Under the pieces are notes generated by a model. The model did not search any database. It saw only the letters and a list, made by a program, of their open reading frames with translations, and was not told the DNA's origin. From an uncultured Veillonellaceae bacterium (GTDB lineage Bacteria; Bacillota; Negativicutes; JARBTT01): DNA of 64,000 nt. How positions within the stretch are numbered: position 1 is the first letter of the stretch; each line of letters begins with the position of its first letter. Positions 21,479-31,229 of the stretch are shown here, piece after piece. The stretch lies in the NCBI GenBank assembly GCA_963805085.1, contig CAWDTA010000002.1, positions 1,632,001 to 1,696,000 of the forward strand, read 5' to 3'. The position numbers and the translations under genes were made by a program.

Positions 21479-22186
21479 ATGAGTAAAATTAACTATAACG
21501 AACTTCCTGAATTAATTCCACAGAATTTAATAGAGCGAGTAAAGAGATTGAGCCCGGCACAGCTCTGTGATGGCATGGAGAAACTAGGGATTGAACGTAA
21601 TGGTTGTATGGATGCTAGTTTGATGCCTTTAGATAGCGATAAGATTTTGATCGGAACTGCCTGTACGGTGGATACGGAAGATGGTGATAATTTTCCGATT
21701 CATATTGCAATTTATCAAGGTAAGCCAGGATATGTATTGGTGGTTGCTGGAAAAGGATATACCGAAAGAACTTATATGGGGGATTTGATGGGCGCTTCAG
21801 CAGAAGCAATCGGATTAAACGGGATTATCGTTGATGGATATGTGCGGGATAAAGTTGGATTATCACAGCTTTCTATTCCGATTTATGCCAAGGGGATTAT
21901 GCAACGAAGCCCGTCAAAAAAAGGACCAGGTGAAATTAATACGGTTGTAACTTGTGCGGGGGTTAAAGTAAGTCCAGGCGATCTGATTTTGGGAGACGCG
22001 GATGGTGTTAGCGTTATTCCGCGTGAACGTATTGAGGAAGTGTTAGAAGCCGCTGAAAAGAAAGAGGCTTATGAAGTAAAACGTAGAGCAACTATAGCAG
22101 AATATGCTAAGTGTAGGAAAAATAATGAGCTTCTTCCGGAATTAGCTCCAGCGTGGGTAATAGAAATGATAAATAGCAATAAATAG
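21479..22186 (+). CDS. RraA-family / HMG-aldolase-like protein
   Basis: LCDGM, GTACTV...GDN, MGDLM, IVDGYVRD and VSPGDLILGDADGV motifs. Confidence 0.85.
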   Translation: MSKINYNELPELIPQNLIERVKRLSPAQLCDGMEKLGIERNGCMDASLMPLDSDKILIGTACTVDTEDGDNFPIHIAIYQGKPGYVLVVAGKGYTERTYMGDLMGASAEAIGLNGIIVDGYVRDKVGLSQLSIPIYAKGIMQRSPSKKGPGEINTVVTCAGVKVSPGDLILGDADGVSVIPRERIEEVLEAAEKKEAYEVKRRATIAEYAKCRKNNELLPELAPAWVIEMINSNK

Positions 22187-22249
22187 GTTGGATATGAAAC
22201 CACTAGTTAGAAATTATAAAATATGATATGTGGCGAAGGAGAGAGTGAA

Positions 22250-23608
22250 ATGCTAACAATTTTAGGCTATTTATTGATTATTGTATTTTTAGTGCTCGTT
22301 ATAAAGAAAAAACTATCTCCATTTACCGGCTTAATCGTAGTATCGCTGACAGCGGCACTTCTTGCTTGTTTATTAAATGGTATTCCTCTAGAAAAAATAC
22401 TTATCTGGATTAGAGATGGATTATTCTATACCGTTGATACAAAAGGCAAGGTGAAGTTAGGCACAATTAATCCAACCATCATGATATTGTTTGCCATTCT
22501 TTACTTCAGTCTTATGATGAATGTCGGATTATTTGATCCTCTTTGTACCTACCTGATAAGAAAAGCCAAAGGTGATCCGCTGAAAATTATTATGGTGACA
22601 GCCTTTACTGCATCTGTTGTTACCCTAGACGGAGATGGGACAACTACTATATTAATTATTACTGCAGCTTTTGTGCCTTTATTTAAACAAATGGGCTTAA
22701 AATTATCCAACTTGGCGATGCTGATTATTCTTCCCTGTGGATTAGGCAATTGCTTGCCCTGGGGCGGACCACTTGCACGGGCAGCAGCAGTGCTCAATCT
22801 AGAAGTAAACGATTTATTTGTAGCTGTTTTACCAATTCTTGGCATATCGTTTATTTATGTGTTTATTGTAGCTTATATGATGGGGAAAAAGGAGAGAAAA
22901 AGACTTGGTTATATTTCTGGGGGAAATACGGTAATTTCGCAAGACCAGATAGAAGAAATGGTGGCGGTTATCGAAAATAATGATAAAGAGCTTAAGAGAC
23001 CTAAACGCTTTTGGTTTAATCTTATACTGACAATAGTTATGCTGACAATTTTAATTTTAGGATGGGTTAGCGGCGCTATCGTATTTTTGCTTGGTACAGG
23101 CATTGCTTTGGCCATTAACTATAATGATAAAGAACAGCGTGAGCGTATTACTGCAAACGGCGGTGATGCCATTGCCGTGACCTCAATCATTATTGCGGCA
23201 GGGTGTTTTTTAGGTATTTTAAATGGCAGCGGTATGGCGGCAGCCATTGCTAATCATATGGCGAGTTTAATACCGCCGTCTTTAGGCAGCCATACAGCTT
23301 TGATTTTCGCTTTTCTTGGGTCTTTTGCATGTTATGCTCTGCCTGTTGATGCTTATTATTTCGGCATACTGCCTGTTGTTGCTCCTATTGCCTATCAGTA
23401 TGGCATAACGCCTACTGAAATTGGTATGGCATCCTTTATGGGGCAGGCCATTCGTTACGCAAGCCCGACAGTTGCGTGGCTTTTCTTACTAATGGATAGA
23501 ACGGAAATGAGTTTCGGTGAATATCAAAAGGAATTTTTCAAATGGTCCATACCACTGTTTTTCATTTTTATTATTACAGCTATTTTAACAGGACAATTAC
23601 CTGTGTAA
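22250..23608 (+). CDS. CitMHS-family citrate/organic acid transporter
   Basis: LFAILYFSLM..GLFDP, LDGDGTTT, LPWGGP and DAYYFGILP motifs; AAGGAG RBS before ATG 22250. Confidence 0.88.
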   Translation: MLTILGYLLIIVFLVLVIKKKLSPFTGLIVVSLTAALLACLLNGIPLEKILIWIRDGLFYTVDTKGKVKLGTINPTIMILFAILYFSLMMNVGLFDPLCTYLIRKAKGDPLKIIMVTAFTASVVTLDGDGTTTILIITAAFVPLFKQMGLKLSNLAMLIILPCGLGNCLPWGGPLARAAAVLNLEVNDLFVAVLPILGISFIYVFIVAYMMGKKERKRLGYISGGNTVISQDQIEEMVAVIENNDKELKRPKRFWFNLILTIVMLTILILGWVSGAIVFLLGTGIALAINYNDKEQRERITANGGDAIAVTSIIIAAGCFLGILNGSGMAAAIANHMASLIPPSLGSHTALIFAFLGSFACYALPVDAYYFGILPVVAPIAYQYGITPTEIGMASFMGQAIRYASPTVAWLFLLMDRTEMSFGEYQKEFFKWSIPLFFIFIITAILTGQLPV

Positions 23609-23614
23609 GTGGCC

Positions 23615-23661
23615 GCATAAAAATAAAAGTCCGCGAGTTTCGCGGGCTTTTATTTTTATGC
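23615..23661 (+). terminator. Rho-independent terminator
   Basis: Long stem gcataaaaataaaagtccgcga...tcgcgggcttttatttttatgc. Confidence 0.8.
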
Positions 23662-23733
23662 AGGAATGTTGAATTTTATTGTAAATAGTTAAAATTAAAG
23701 ATTTAACTATTTAAGAGGTTTAGAGCTAATTTT

Positions 23734-23994
23734 GTGGAGATGGGGTATGAACTGGGAAAGTAATACTGGAGGCAAGTCGTCATGACGGAAGCGTTGTAGG
23801 TGATTATTCATTACGATTTTGCTACTATGCAAAACAATCAAATGGAAGCATTTGTTAATTTCGGAAATATTAAATCACAAAAAATATTGGAGGAAAACGG
23901 CTTCAAGCTAGATGGTTTACTTAGAGAGTATGATTTTAATCGTGGTAAATTTGTGGATCAATATTGCTATTCTTTATTAAAATCTGAGTATTAG
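23734..23994 (+). pseudogene. RimJ/RimL-type GNAT acetyltransferase remnant
   Basis: VEMGYELGK*YWRQVVMTEAL*VIIHYDF...NIKSQKILEENGFKLDGLLREY: C-terminal half of a RimJ-like GNAT with in-frame stops at 23761 and 23797; 5' half missing. Confidence 0.85.
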
Positions 23995-24297
23995 GTTTAA
24001 TTATCAGAGAACAGGATAATAGGAAAATTCAGATAATAGTAGAAATTTTTTATTTTCAATGTAGTCCATTGAATGTAACTTGGATTGAGTAGGTATAGCA
24101 ATATAAAAGTCCGCGAAAATCGTGGACTTTTTTCTTTATATTCATTTAATTATATTTCTGAAGATTCAACCTATTGTAAAGAAGAAAATGAGAATATCTT
24201 ACCCATTATCCCCATAGTTTATATTGCAGGTGCTTATCCTGCATAGCAATTGGCACCGTATTATTAACAACATATTCGGGTAAGTAAAGGGGGGATC

Positions 24298-24573
24298 ATG
24301 GTAGAAGACATAGAAAGAATTCTTACAATCAAAGTAATATTCATTTTTTTCTTGGGTATAGTTATAAGCTATGTGACGGCTTGGTTGATTGGTAGTCAGC
24401 GCAAAGGAAAATGGTTTAAGCAACGCCGACAGACAAGCTTTTTTACCCGACGAGGAGTATTGGGGGAAGGTTGTCATTTTGGGTATCCTTGTACTTGGCA
24501 GGGGATGGTCGTGATGATACTGATGTACGGTATGATTTTCTTGACTGGCTACGAAATTATTTTTCCTCTATGA
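24298..24573 (+). CDS. Small two-TM hypothetical membrane protein
   Basis: GGGGG RBS; two hydrophobic segments flanking a basic loop. Confidence 0.6.
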   Translation: MVEDIERILTIKVIFIFFLGIVISYVTAWLIGSQRKGKWFKQRRQTSFFTRRGVLGEGCHFGYPCTWQGMVVMILMYGMIFLTGYEIIFPL

Positions 24574-24656
24574 AAAGGATAATTCAAAAATTACTGGGGT
24601 TAAGTATACAGGGGTTAGTTCTCGATGTTTTTAATGGATAGAGAGGATGAGAGAAA

Positions 24657-25943
24657 ATGTCACTTGCAATTATAACCTTACTTGTGTTGGCCGTTGTCTC
24701 GTTATTTTTTGTAACAGAAGCCATACCACTAGCGGTAGCAGCCATGGGTGGAGCTATTGCTTTGGGGGTAATGGGTGTCATTCCCATGAATATGGTGTTT
24801 TCTGGTTTATCCAATTCTACCGTGGTTCTGTTTGCGGGAATGTTTGTTATTGGTGCATCTATGTTCCATACTGGGCTGGCTCAGAAGATGGGAGAATATG
24901 TTGTTAGAAAAGTCGGTACTAGTGAAAATGGTCTAATGTTTGGCACTATGTTTATTGCGGCGGCAATTTCATCGGTTTCTTCTAACACAGGTACGACTGC
25001 CGCGCTGATGCCGGTTATTCTTGGTATCTGTGTCGTAGCGAAGATACCTGCTTCACGTCAGATGATGCCACTTGCTTTTGCTGCTGGTTTAGGAGGCATG
25101 ATTACTCTTGTTGGTACGCCGCCTAATATTATTGCTGCCGGGGCATTGAAAGCAGCTGGTTACGAGCCTTTTGGTTTTTTCGAATTCGCTTGGATTGGTA
25201 TTCCTCTTACTGTAGTTGGTATCTTATATATGATGTTTATTGGTAAACATCTGTTGCCGAAAGCTCAGCTATCTATCAATATTGTGATCGATGAAGAAGC
25301 AAGACAAGAAGCAATCGCCACTACACATGATACTAGAAAGCAATGGATTACTGCTGCGACTTTGATTGGTGTTGTTATTGTCATGGCTCTTGATCTTAAA
25401 CAATTTCCGTTAGAAATCGCCGCCGTCATTGGCGCAATCATCTGCGTACTTGCCAAGTGTCTGACAGAAAAGGAAGCCTATTCCGGTATTGATTGGGTTA
25501 CGATCTTCCTATTTGCTGGAATGATGCCGATCGCAACTGCCATGGAACAGAGTGGCGCAGGTAAATTGATTGCTGATGTGGTAATTAGTGTCTTAGGTGA
25601 TCAACCTAGCCAAATGTTTGTGACTGCCATTTTATTTGCGCTCTCCGGTGGTCTGACTCAATTTATGTCTAATACTGCTAGTACAGCATTATTGGCACCT
25701 ATCGGTATTTCCATTGCCAAGGGGATTGGTGCTAGTCCGCAAGCGGTACTCATAGCAATCGCCATTGCCGCTTCCTGTGCCTTTGCCACACCCGTTGGAA
25801 CACCGCCTAATACGCTAGTGCTTGGGCCTGGGCAATATAAGTTTATGGACTATGTAAAGGCTGGTACTGGTCTAGTTTTTATATGTTTTATTGTATCAAT
25901 TATTATCATCCCAATGGTTTGGCCCTTCTTTCCCTCTAAATAA
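24657..25943 (+). CDS. SLC13/DASS-family di/tricarboxylate transporter
   Basis: Two SNT motifs (SSNTGT, MSNTAS) and two GTPPN motifs. Confidence 0.9.
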   Translation: MSLAIITLLVLAVVSLFFVTEAIPLAVAAMGGAIALGVMGVIPMNMVFSGLSNSTVVLFAGMFVIGASMFHTGLAQKMGEYVVRKVGTSENGLMFGTMFIAAAISSVSSNTGTTAALMPVILGICVVAKIPASRQMMPLAFAAGLGGMITLVGTPPNIIAAGALKAAGYEPFGFFEFAWIGIPLTVVGILYMMFIGKHLLPKAQLSINIVIDEEARQEAIATTHDTRKQWITAATLIGVVIVMALDLKQFPLEIAAVIGAIICVLAKCLTEKEAYSGIDWVTIFLFAGMMPIATAMEQSGAGKLIADVVISVLGDQPSQMFVTAILFALSGGLTQFMSNTASTALLAPIGISIAKGIGASPQAVLIAIAIAASCAFATPVGTPPNTLVLGPGQYKFMDYVKAGTGLVFICFIVSIIIIPMVWPFFPSK

Positions 25944-26070
25944 GGAATGATAAAGGCTGGCTGTAGAACGGCCAGCCTTTTCAAAGATAAGTATTCAAAT
26001 GTCTTAGGCCGACTCATTGGGATGATTATTATTGTTGCAGAAAATTTGTATGGGAAAGGAGGGGCTACAG

Positions 26071-26196
26071 ATGGATATTTATACTTATTTTTTCTTTTCC
26101 TATGGCCTCACAGCAATTATTGCATTTTCTACAGTTGGAATCATACTGTTGGTCGATAAACTTTTGCATAGGTTTCAAGGCTCGGTTGGTAAATAA
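26071..26196 (+). CDS. 41-aa single-TM protein, candidate OadG/gamma-like subunit (below ORF-track cut-off)
   Basis: AAGGAGG RBS, then MDIYTYFFFSYGLTAIIAFSTVGIILLVDKLLHRFQGSVGK*; lies directly before the decarboxylase beta gene. Confidence 0.65.
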   Translation: MDIYTYFFFSYGLTAIIAFSTVGIILLVDKLLHRFQGSVGK

Positions 26197-26224
26197 TTTA
26201 TAGCAAAAATAGGAGTGAAATAGT

Positions 26225-27430
26225 ATGGTTGAAGTGTTATACAATCTGTTTCCTGGAATTTTTACATTTTTTGTACAAGATTCTGGGATTGTAGTAGCTA
26301 GAATGTTTCTAATCACCTTTGGTTTTGTTCTTGCTTATCTTGGGTTTAAGCGTACCCTTGAACCATTGATTATGGTTCCCATGGGAATAGGTATGATTGC
26401 TATTAATTCCGGAGTGCTATTTATGCAAGGTGGAGGGATTGGGAACATCTTTCTTGATCCATTGATAGCAGATCCTGCCACGCTCGTGAATATCATGCAG
26501 GTTAATTTTCTACAGCCCATTTACAATCTTACCTTTAGCAATGGACTCATCGCTTGTTTAGTCTTTTTGGGAATTGGAGCGATGAGTGACATCGGTTTTG
26601 TTTTGGCGCGACCTTGGGCTAGCATGACGGTTGCGGTATTTGCAGAATTGGGTTCATTCGCTACTCTTGTTATTGGATATAAAATGGGCTTGCCCATTGG
26701 AGATGCGGCGGCAGTCGGTATCATTGGGGGCGCAGATGGTCCCATGGTGCTATTCACCTCACTTATGCTGGCGCCAAAATTGTTTGTCCCTATTTCGATT
26801 ATCGCTTATCTGTATCTAAGTCTAACCTATGCCGGATACCCTTACCTAATTAAACTATTGGTGCCGGAAAAATATCGTGGTTTAGCGGTTCAACTAAAGC
26901 AGGTCGATATTCCGAAAAAGCAAAGATTCCTTTTTACCGTCATCATGTGTTTTGTATTATGCCTCTTATTACCAGTAGCCGCTCCGCTTATCATGTGTTT
27001 CTTTCTTGGAGTCGCTATTAGAGAGGCTGAAATCGAACCGTTTCAACAATTTCTTGATAGTACGGTTCTCTATGCTTCCACGTTTTTTTTGGGATTACTA
27101 CTAGGAGTTCTTTGTGATGCACAAACCATCATGAATCCAGAAGTGGGGATTCTGGTAATCCTCGGTTGTCTAGCGTTATTGCTTTCAGGCATTGGTGGTT
27201 TGTTCGGTGGGTGGCTTGTATACTGGTTTAGTAGCAATTTTAATCCAGTTATTGGCATTGCCGGTGTATCTTGCGTGCCTTCGACGGCAAAATTAGCGCA
27301 GTACGCTGCCAAAGAGGCCAATCCAGTGGCCATGATTTTGCCCTTGGCACTAGGGGCAAACATTAGTGGAGTTATAGTAACTGCCATCGCAACCGGAGTT
27401 TTCATTTCTACGGTCAACCTTGTTAAGTAG
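26225..27430 (+). CDS. Na+-translocating decarboxylase beta subunit (OadB/MmdB/GcdB family)
   Basis: EPLIMVPMGIG, FLGIGAMSD, GIIGGADGP, IGIAGVSCVP and GANISG motifs. Confidence 0.88.
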   Translation: MVEVLYNLFPGIFTFFVQDSGIVVARMFLITFGFVLAYLGFKRTLEPLIMVPMGIGMIAINSGVLFMQGGGIGNIFLDPLIADPATLVNIMQVNFLQPIYNLTFSNGLIACLVFLGIGAMSDIGFVLARPWASMTVAVFAELGSFATLVIGYKMGLPIGDAAAVGIIGGADGPMVLFTSLMLAPKLFVPISIIAYLYLSLTYAGYPYLIKLLVPEKYRGLAVQLKQVDIPKKQRFLFTVIMCFVLCLLLPVAAPLIMCFFLGVAIREAEIEPFQQFLDSTVLYASTFFLGLLLGVLCDAQTIMNPEVGILVILGCLALLLSGIGGLFGGWLVYWFSSNFNPVIGIAGVSCVPSTAKLAQYAAKEANPVAMILPLALGANISGVIVTAIATGVFISTVNLVK

Positions 27431-27626
27431 TAAGAGCCGAGGTTCTATTTAGTTGAAAAAGGCCTTGCAGAGTGCAAAGCCTTTTTCACTGTGTAACTAT
27501 TGTTTACTATTCCTATGTACCATTAATAAAATATTCATATTATCTATATTTTGGACTTGAATTTATGTTAAAATACGGAGGAGACCAAAAAGTAAACTAA
27601 TATTAAGTTATAAATAATTGGGGGAA

Positions 27627-28049
27627 ATGAAATTGCAGGAGCTAATAAACGTTAGAGTTCATGATTATTATTGGAACGATGATTTTAGTTGTGCAATAAC
27701 AACGTTAAAAGTTCTTTCTGAACTGTATTATCCTGAACTACACCCTCAGATAATAGAAGCTGCCTTTGGATTAAATGCGGGTAGATGTGGCTTACAATGT
27801 GGATTAGTAGAGGGAACATTACTTTTTATTGGGGTATATGCAAGCCAAAACAATAGGACGAAAGAAGAAATCACGAATTTATGCCATAAGTTTTGTAGTG
27901 AATTTCAGATAACCTTTGGCAGTTTATTATGTAATGAATTAAGAACGCAAGGTTTTTCCCCGAATAATCCGCCGCATCTTTGTGAAAATCTAACCAAAAA
28001 AGCAGTAACGTTTTCAGCGGATTTTATTTCAAAAAATGTTAAAGGATAA
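27627..28049 (+). CDS. C-GCAxxG-C-C family putative redox protein
   Basis: FSCA...QCGLVEG...FGSLLCNEL...HLC Cys pattern. Confidence 0.75.
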   Translation: MKLQELINVRVHDYYWNDDFSCAITTLKVLSELYYPELHPQIIEAAFGLNAGRCGLQCGLVEGTLLFIGVYASQNNRTKEEITNLCHKFCSEFQITFGSLLCNELRTQGFSPNNPPHLCENLTKKAVTFSADFISKNVKG

Positions 28050-28258
28050 TATACTTGCTTAAAAATCTATTCTGTCATCTAATGATATTTGCAGGGTGAA
28101 TCTTAGTAAAGAATTGGGGCAGTTCCTATGGGAAACCTTAAATATGCTTATCCTATAGTATAGATCGTTTACGAGAGGAATTGAAATGAGGACGTAGCTT
28201 ATGACACAGAAATAAAATGGTGTCGTAAACCCGTCCTCTTGTTTTTGCTTTACATCAT

Positions 28259-28843
28259 TTAAATCAATTGATAAAACAGTCCGTGGTCTGAGCAATGAAA
28301 ATATAGTTTTCCGTGCCCAAACTTATGAAAGCGAAACTGCATATTCCATTCGGGATATTGCTTTACGATAAAAACTCGATCGCCTGTGACATAGGCAACA
28401 AAAGAAATATAATGTTCTTTTTTCATCTCATGGGAAGACGAAATATATAGTTCATCTTCGACAGGATCTATATTTAATAGATGGTTTTCATTTGCTTTTG
28501 CTGCATCTAATGCTTCTGATTTTTTGCCACAACATGAAATATTGGCATCACCTGTTGCGGTCATGAGATTATTGCACTGCGGGCAGACATAAAATTTAAG
28601 CTTTTTCATATTTCCTCCAATCGTTTCATTTAGCTGAATTTTGCCTAATAAAATTTCTTCAATATTGACTCCAAGTATTTGTGATAGCTCTGGAAGTAAC
28701 GATACGTCTGGACAACCAAGACCGCGTTCCCATTTACTGATTGTTTTGTCACTGATGTTCATTATATCGGCTAGTTGTTTTTGCGTCATCGCTTTTTCTT
28801 TTCGCAGATTGTATATCAATTTACCGATTTTGTCGCAATTCAT
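28259..28843 (-). CDS. XRE HTH regulator fused to a desulfoferrodoxin/SOR-like metal domain
   Basis: LRKEKAMTQKQLAD..ISKWERG HTH; CPQC...CCG centre-I-like motif; HEMKKEHYI and CSDHG centre-II-like ligands; GAGGTG RBS before ATG 28843. Confidence 0.8.
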   Translation of the reverse strand: MNCDKIGKLIYNLRKEKAMTQKQLADIMNISDKTISKWERGLGCPDVSLLPELSQILGVNIEEILLGKIQLNETIGGNMKKLKFYVCPQCNNLMTATGDANISCCGKKSEALDAAKANENHLLNIDPVEDELYISSSHEMKKEHYISFVAYVTGDRVFIVKQYPEWNMQFRFHKFGHGKLYFHCSDHGLFYQLI

Positions 28844-29093
28844 TCGTATCACCTCACAAATTAAGTTTAGAGTATATTTAAAAGACTATCAATAAACGAT
28901 CCGTAGAGTATTGCAGAATTAAAGAATAAATTTTCATAAGTATGGCAATATGTATTTAGATAGTATAAGCAAAGTTCACGATTATACACAATGAGAAGAA
29001 GCGTAATATTGATAATAATAAATGAAAAGAACGCCTGCCAAATTGTTTTGAATTTGACAGGCGTTTTGATGTTAATTTGATGTTAAAGAGAAC

Positions 29094-30449
29094 TTATATG
29101 TTTTTTAACAAAGAAGCGGCAATACCAACGTATTGTGAAGGCGCTAGAGCCAATAGACGTTTTTTGTCTGCTTCTGGCAATTCGATACTTTCAATAAAGG
29201 TTTTAATGTCTTCTTCGGCGATGCCTTTACCACGAGTAATGGCTTTTAGTTTATCATAGGAATTGGCATGCCCATGTTTACGCATTACTGTTTGCACTGC
29301 TTCGGCAAGAACTTCCCAAGCGTGGTCAAGATCGGCAGCAAGAGCTTCTCTATTGACTAATGTTTTTCTAAGACCTTTTAAAGTGTAAGTAATCGCAATG
29401 AAAGAATGAGCGATGCCTGTGCCAATATTGCGTTGTGCGGAAGAGTCGCTAAGGTCACGTTGCAGACGGGAGATAGGCAATTTGTTAGCCAAATGGTCAA
29501 GTACTGCATTGCTTAAACCTAGGTTCGCTTCCGAGTTTTCGAAGTCGATAGGATTTACTTTATGCGGCATAGTAGAGGAGCCTACTTCGCCAGCAATTGT
29601 TTTTTGTTTGAAGTAGCCAAGGGAAATATAAAGCCACATATCGCGGTCAAAATCAAGAATAATATTGTTAAAACGCGCAAGCGTGTGGAATGTTTCAGCC
29701 ACATAGTCATGCGATTCAATTTGAGTAGTTAGTGGGTTGTAGGTCAAGCCTAAACCTTCGACGAAGGAGCGAGAAACAGCTTCCCAATCTAATTCTGGAT
29801 AAGCAATGCTGTGCGCATTGAAGTTACCAACGGCGCCGTTGAATTTGCCTAGATATTCTTGGGCACGAAGTTGCTTTAGCTGACGTTTCCAGCGGTAAAC
29901 AAACACCGCTAACTCCTTGCCTACTGTTGTAGGTGAAGCGGATTGTCCATGGGTATGAGCTAGCATTGGGATATCTTTTTCTTCTTTTGCCATAGTCGTA
30001 ACGGTTTGCACTAGAGTTTCCATTGCAGGAAGCCAAATATCTTCGATGCCGTGCTTAAGCATTAGTGCATAGGAAAGATTGTTAATATCTTCTGACGTAC
30101 AAGAGAAATGGATAAATTCGAGCACATCAGCGAGTGACATGCTGCCTAATGTATTGCGGAGAAAATATTCGATTGCTTTTACATCATGATTGGTAGTGCG
30201 TTCAATTTCTTTAATTTGCAAAGCAGCAGTTTCATCAAAGTTATTCACAATGTCGCGTAAAAACGTAGTTTCTTCAAGAGTGAATTGACGAATTTCAGTA
30301 AAAGCAGGATTGCTTGCCATTGCAATAAGCCATTCCACTTCTACATGAATACGATATTTTATTAAAGCCCATTCTGAAAAATAGTCGCCGAGTGGCGCAG
30401 TAATGTTTCCGTATCGCCCTTCTAATGGTGTAAGTGATTTAATACTCAT
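29094..30449 (-). CDS. purB: Adenylosuccinate lyase (E. coli-type)
   Basis: LTPLEGRY, TNHDVKAIEY, HFSCTSEDIN, HTHGQ, GSSTMPHKVNPIDFENSE and RLQRDLSDS motifs. Confidence 0.95.
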   Translation of the reverse strand: MSIKSLTPLEGRYGNITAPLGDYFSEWALIKYRIHVEVEWLIAMASNPAFTEIRQFTLEETTFLRDIVNNFDETAALQIKEIERTTNHDVKAIEYFLRNTLGSMSLADVLEFIHFSCTSEDINNLSYALMLKHGIEDIWLPAMETLVQTVTTMAKEEKDIPMLAHTHGQSASPTTVGKELAVFVYRWKRQLKQLRAQEYLGKFNGAVGNFNAHSIAYPELDWEAVSRSFVEGLGLTYNPLTTQIESHDYVAETFHTLARFNNIILDFDRDMWLYISLGYFKQKTIAGEVGSSTMPHKVNPIDFENSEANLGLSNAVLDHLANKLPISRLQRDLSDSSAQRNIGTGIAHSFIAITYTLKGLRKTLVNREALAADLDHAWEVLAEAVQTVMRKHGHANSYDKLKAITRGKGIAEEDIKTFIESIELPEADKKRLLALAPSQYVGIAASLLKNI

Positions 30450-30755
30450 TTTTATACCTCATCATTCTTTCAAAATTAACAGCATCTATGAATTTGCCAT
30501 CAAAAATCTATGCCTACTATTATACTACATTACAGTCTTACAATGCCACGCTCCAAAGTAAATTCATATCTAAAAGTATACAAAAGCGGTCAAAAAACAA
30601 AAAAATTCTTTTGTATCTTCGAAATTATTACTCATTTTCTTAGCAGCTATATACGATAAGGATAACCATATTATTGGTAGGAATAAATAAAAAAACGCCT
30701 GCCAAATTGTTGTAATTTATTAGGCGCTTTGATAGTTATCCCAAATGTTGTTTGC

Positions 30756-31229
30756 TTAATTGGCAGACATAGCACTATTTGTTTTTTTAGACTTATTCGG
30801 TGTATGTAAAATCCAGTAGACAATGCCAAGTACCAATAGACTGATTAAGTAAATGCTAGCATCTGCAAGCGGAACGCCTTCCGTGCTGATTACCAGTAGC
30901 TTGCGGACAAAAGCTGCGATGGCAACTTCAATGAAGATTGAAACTTGTATCCGTTCACCCATAAGAGAGCGAACCTCTGAATGCAACAGTTCTGATAAAG
31001 TCCATAAAACCAAAAGAGAACCTAGGGCTTGGATGGTACCTGTAGATATATTGCCGTTAAGAAAAATTTGATAGATATCTGTAGCAAAAATAACTAGAGT
31101 AAGTACGACAGTAATCATGAGCGCTATACTAAATAGAACATGAAGTGCCCGAATAAAATGGTTAATATATCTGGCAATGGTATTTTCAAAAGCATTGCTT
31201 TGCTCTAGTTGGTTATTATTAAAATCCAT
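30756..31229 (-). CDS. Phosphate-starvation-inducible PsiE-family membrane protein
   Basis: Four TM segments; FIEVAIAAFVRKLLV motif. Confidence 0.7.
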   Translation of the reverse strand: MDFNNNQLEQSNAFENTIARYINHFIRALHVLFSIALMITVVLTLVIFATDIYQIFLNGNISTGTIQALGSLLVLWTLSELLHSEVRSLMGERIQVSIFIEVAIAAFVRKLLVISTEGVPLADASIYLISLLVLGIVYWILHTPNKSKKTNSAMSAN

